A stretch of DNA of 24,362 nucleotides from a virus (taxonomy: Duplodnaviria > Caudoviricetes), in IMG/VR virus record IMGVR_UViG_3300042431_000404, positions 1 to 24,362 of that record. One strand, 5' to 3'. The position numbers and the translations under genes are program-made. The notes below the pieces were generated by a model, which was given only the letters and a program-made list of their open reading frames with translations, had not been told where the DNA came from and searched no databases. Positions within the stretch are counted from its first letter, which is position 1. Each line of letters begins with the position of its first letter. Of this stretch, positions 23,823 through 24,362 are shown piece by piece.

Positions 23823-24362
23823 TTATTTTTTAAATTGTGAAACGAATTGTGAATAAGAACGGATTTTATCTTCTTTTGTAGAAGCAGAATGCTTTTTGAA
23901 GTTGTTAGGTACTTCAGCCGGAGCCTGTGAAGGAACGTTAACCAATGTCTCAACTAAGTTGATCAGACCTTGCATTGCTTCGCCTTGCTTACCGAATGCA
24001 GCTTTCAGACTTTCGTAGTCAGATTGTAAAGCAGAAAAAGAAGCATCATAAGCCGAAAACCTACCTTCCATTTCAGCTATCTTCTTTTTCATTTCCTCTT
24101 CTTCTTTCTTCTTTTCGTCTTCTTTACTTTCAATCTCAATTTCTACTTTGTCCTCAACTTCTTTAGGCATAATTTCAGCAATCACACCGCCTTCAGCCAA
24201 AATAACTTTGCTTCCATCAGCAAGCGTATGCTCACCAACAGGTGCAGGCGATCCGTCCTCTAGTGTTACAACACCGCCAACCTCTAATTTGTCGATCAAT
24301 ACTTTTGTTCCGTCCTCTAAAGAATAAGACGGAGCTGGCATTGTTTCTTCTTGAAAAACAAG
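23823..24362 (-). CDS. Putative capsid scaffolding protein (probably 5'-truncated)
   Basis: Acidic LEDG/LADG repeats, E/K-rich linker and coiled coil. The frame is open to the window end (LVFQEETMPAP). Confidence 0.65.
   Translation of the reverse strand, partial: LVFQEETMPAPSYSLEDGTKVLIDKLEVGGVVTLEDGSPAPVGEHTLADGSKVILAEGGVIAEIMPKEVEDKVEIEIESKEDEKKKEEEEMKKKIAEMEGRFSAYDASFSALQSDYESLKAAFGKQGEAMQGLINLVETLVNVPSQAPAEVPNNFKKHSASTKEDKIRSYSQFVSQFKK

Larger units (their letters stand above)
1..24362. mobile_element. Fragment of a tailed dsDNA bacteriophage genome, probable Bacteroidota host
   Basis: Capsid, portal, lysis and phage replication genes fill the window. There are no host housekeeping genes, and no integrase or att site is visible. 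Bacteroidota-type promoters are present. Confidence 0.95.

Noticed and set aside
205-24166. Antisense or alternate-frame ORFs in the track (205-465, 2826-3131, 3241-3423, 8478-8663, 9383-9571, 10383-10610, 11145-11363, 12470-12667, 13746-13991, 14171-14353, 16143-16337, 17361-17558, 17722-17958, 20991-21200, 21676-21879, 22505-22837, 23034-23369, 23975-24166)
   Set aside because: They lie within or opposite well-supported genes and have no recognisable motifs, so they are treated as shadow ORFs.
1-24362. tRNA, rRNA, integrase/att sites, alternative genetic code
   Set aside because: None recognised by eye. Long ORFs tile the window under the standard bacterial code. Lifestyle (temperate or lytic) cannot be determined.

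Overview
This is a 24.4-kb fragment of a tailed dsDNA phage (Caudoviricetes), most likely infecting a Bacteroidota host: it has TAnnTTTG -7 promoter elements, AT-rich starts without Shine-Dalgarno sites, and signal peptides with a +1 Gln. There are three blocks. (1) Minus strand, 1-4555: small DNA-binding protein, primase-polymerase/SF3-helicase, a putative iteron-bearing origin, a sigma-factor-like regulator and small Cys-rich proteins. (2) Plus strand, 4643-12411: PD-(D/E)XK exonuclease, GIY-YIG nuclease, SSB, an AT-rich two-gene cassette, SF2 helicase, VRR-NUC, a DnaA-CTD-like HTH and small inserted genes. (3) Minus strand, 12445-24362: scaffold, major capsid, tail-tube-like protein, portal, adaptor, fibre-like proteins, holin, u-spanin-like protein, phosphoesterase and GH19 endolysin. 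The best candidate for a new system is the cassette at 6617-8802: a GNAT-like/amino-methyltransferase (CPPY) fusion coupled to an atypical radical-SAM-like Fe-S protein, both carrying beta-clamp-binding-like motifs, which suggests replication-coupled DNA hypermodification. Also notable are fibre-like proteins with Sec signal peptides, a portal fused to wHTH and MuF-like modules, a gene bracketed by an exact 19-bp duplication, and strongly mosaic GATC density. All calls come from reading motifs by eye; no searches were run.
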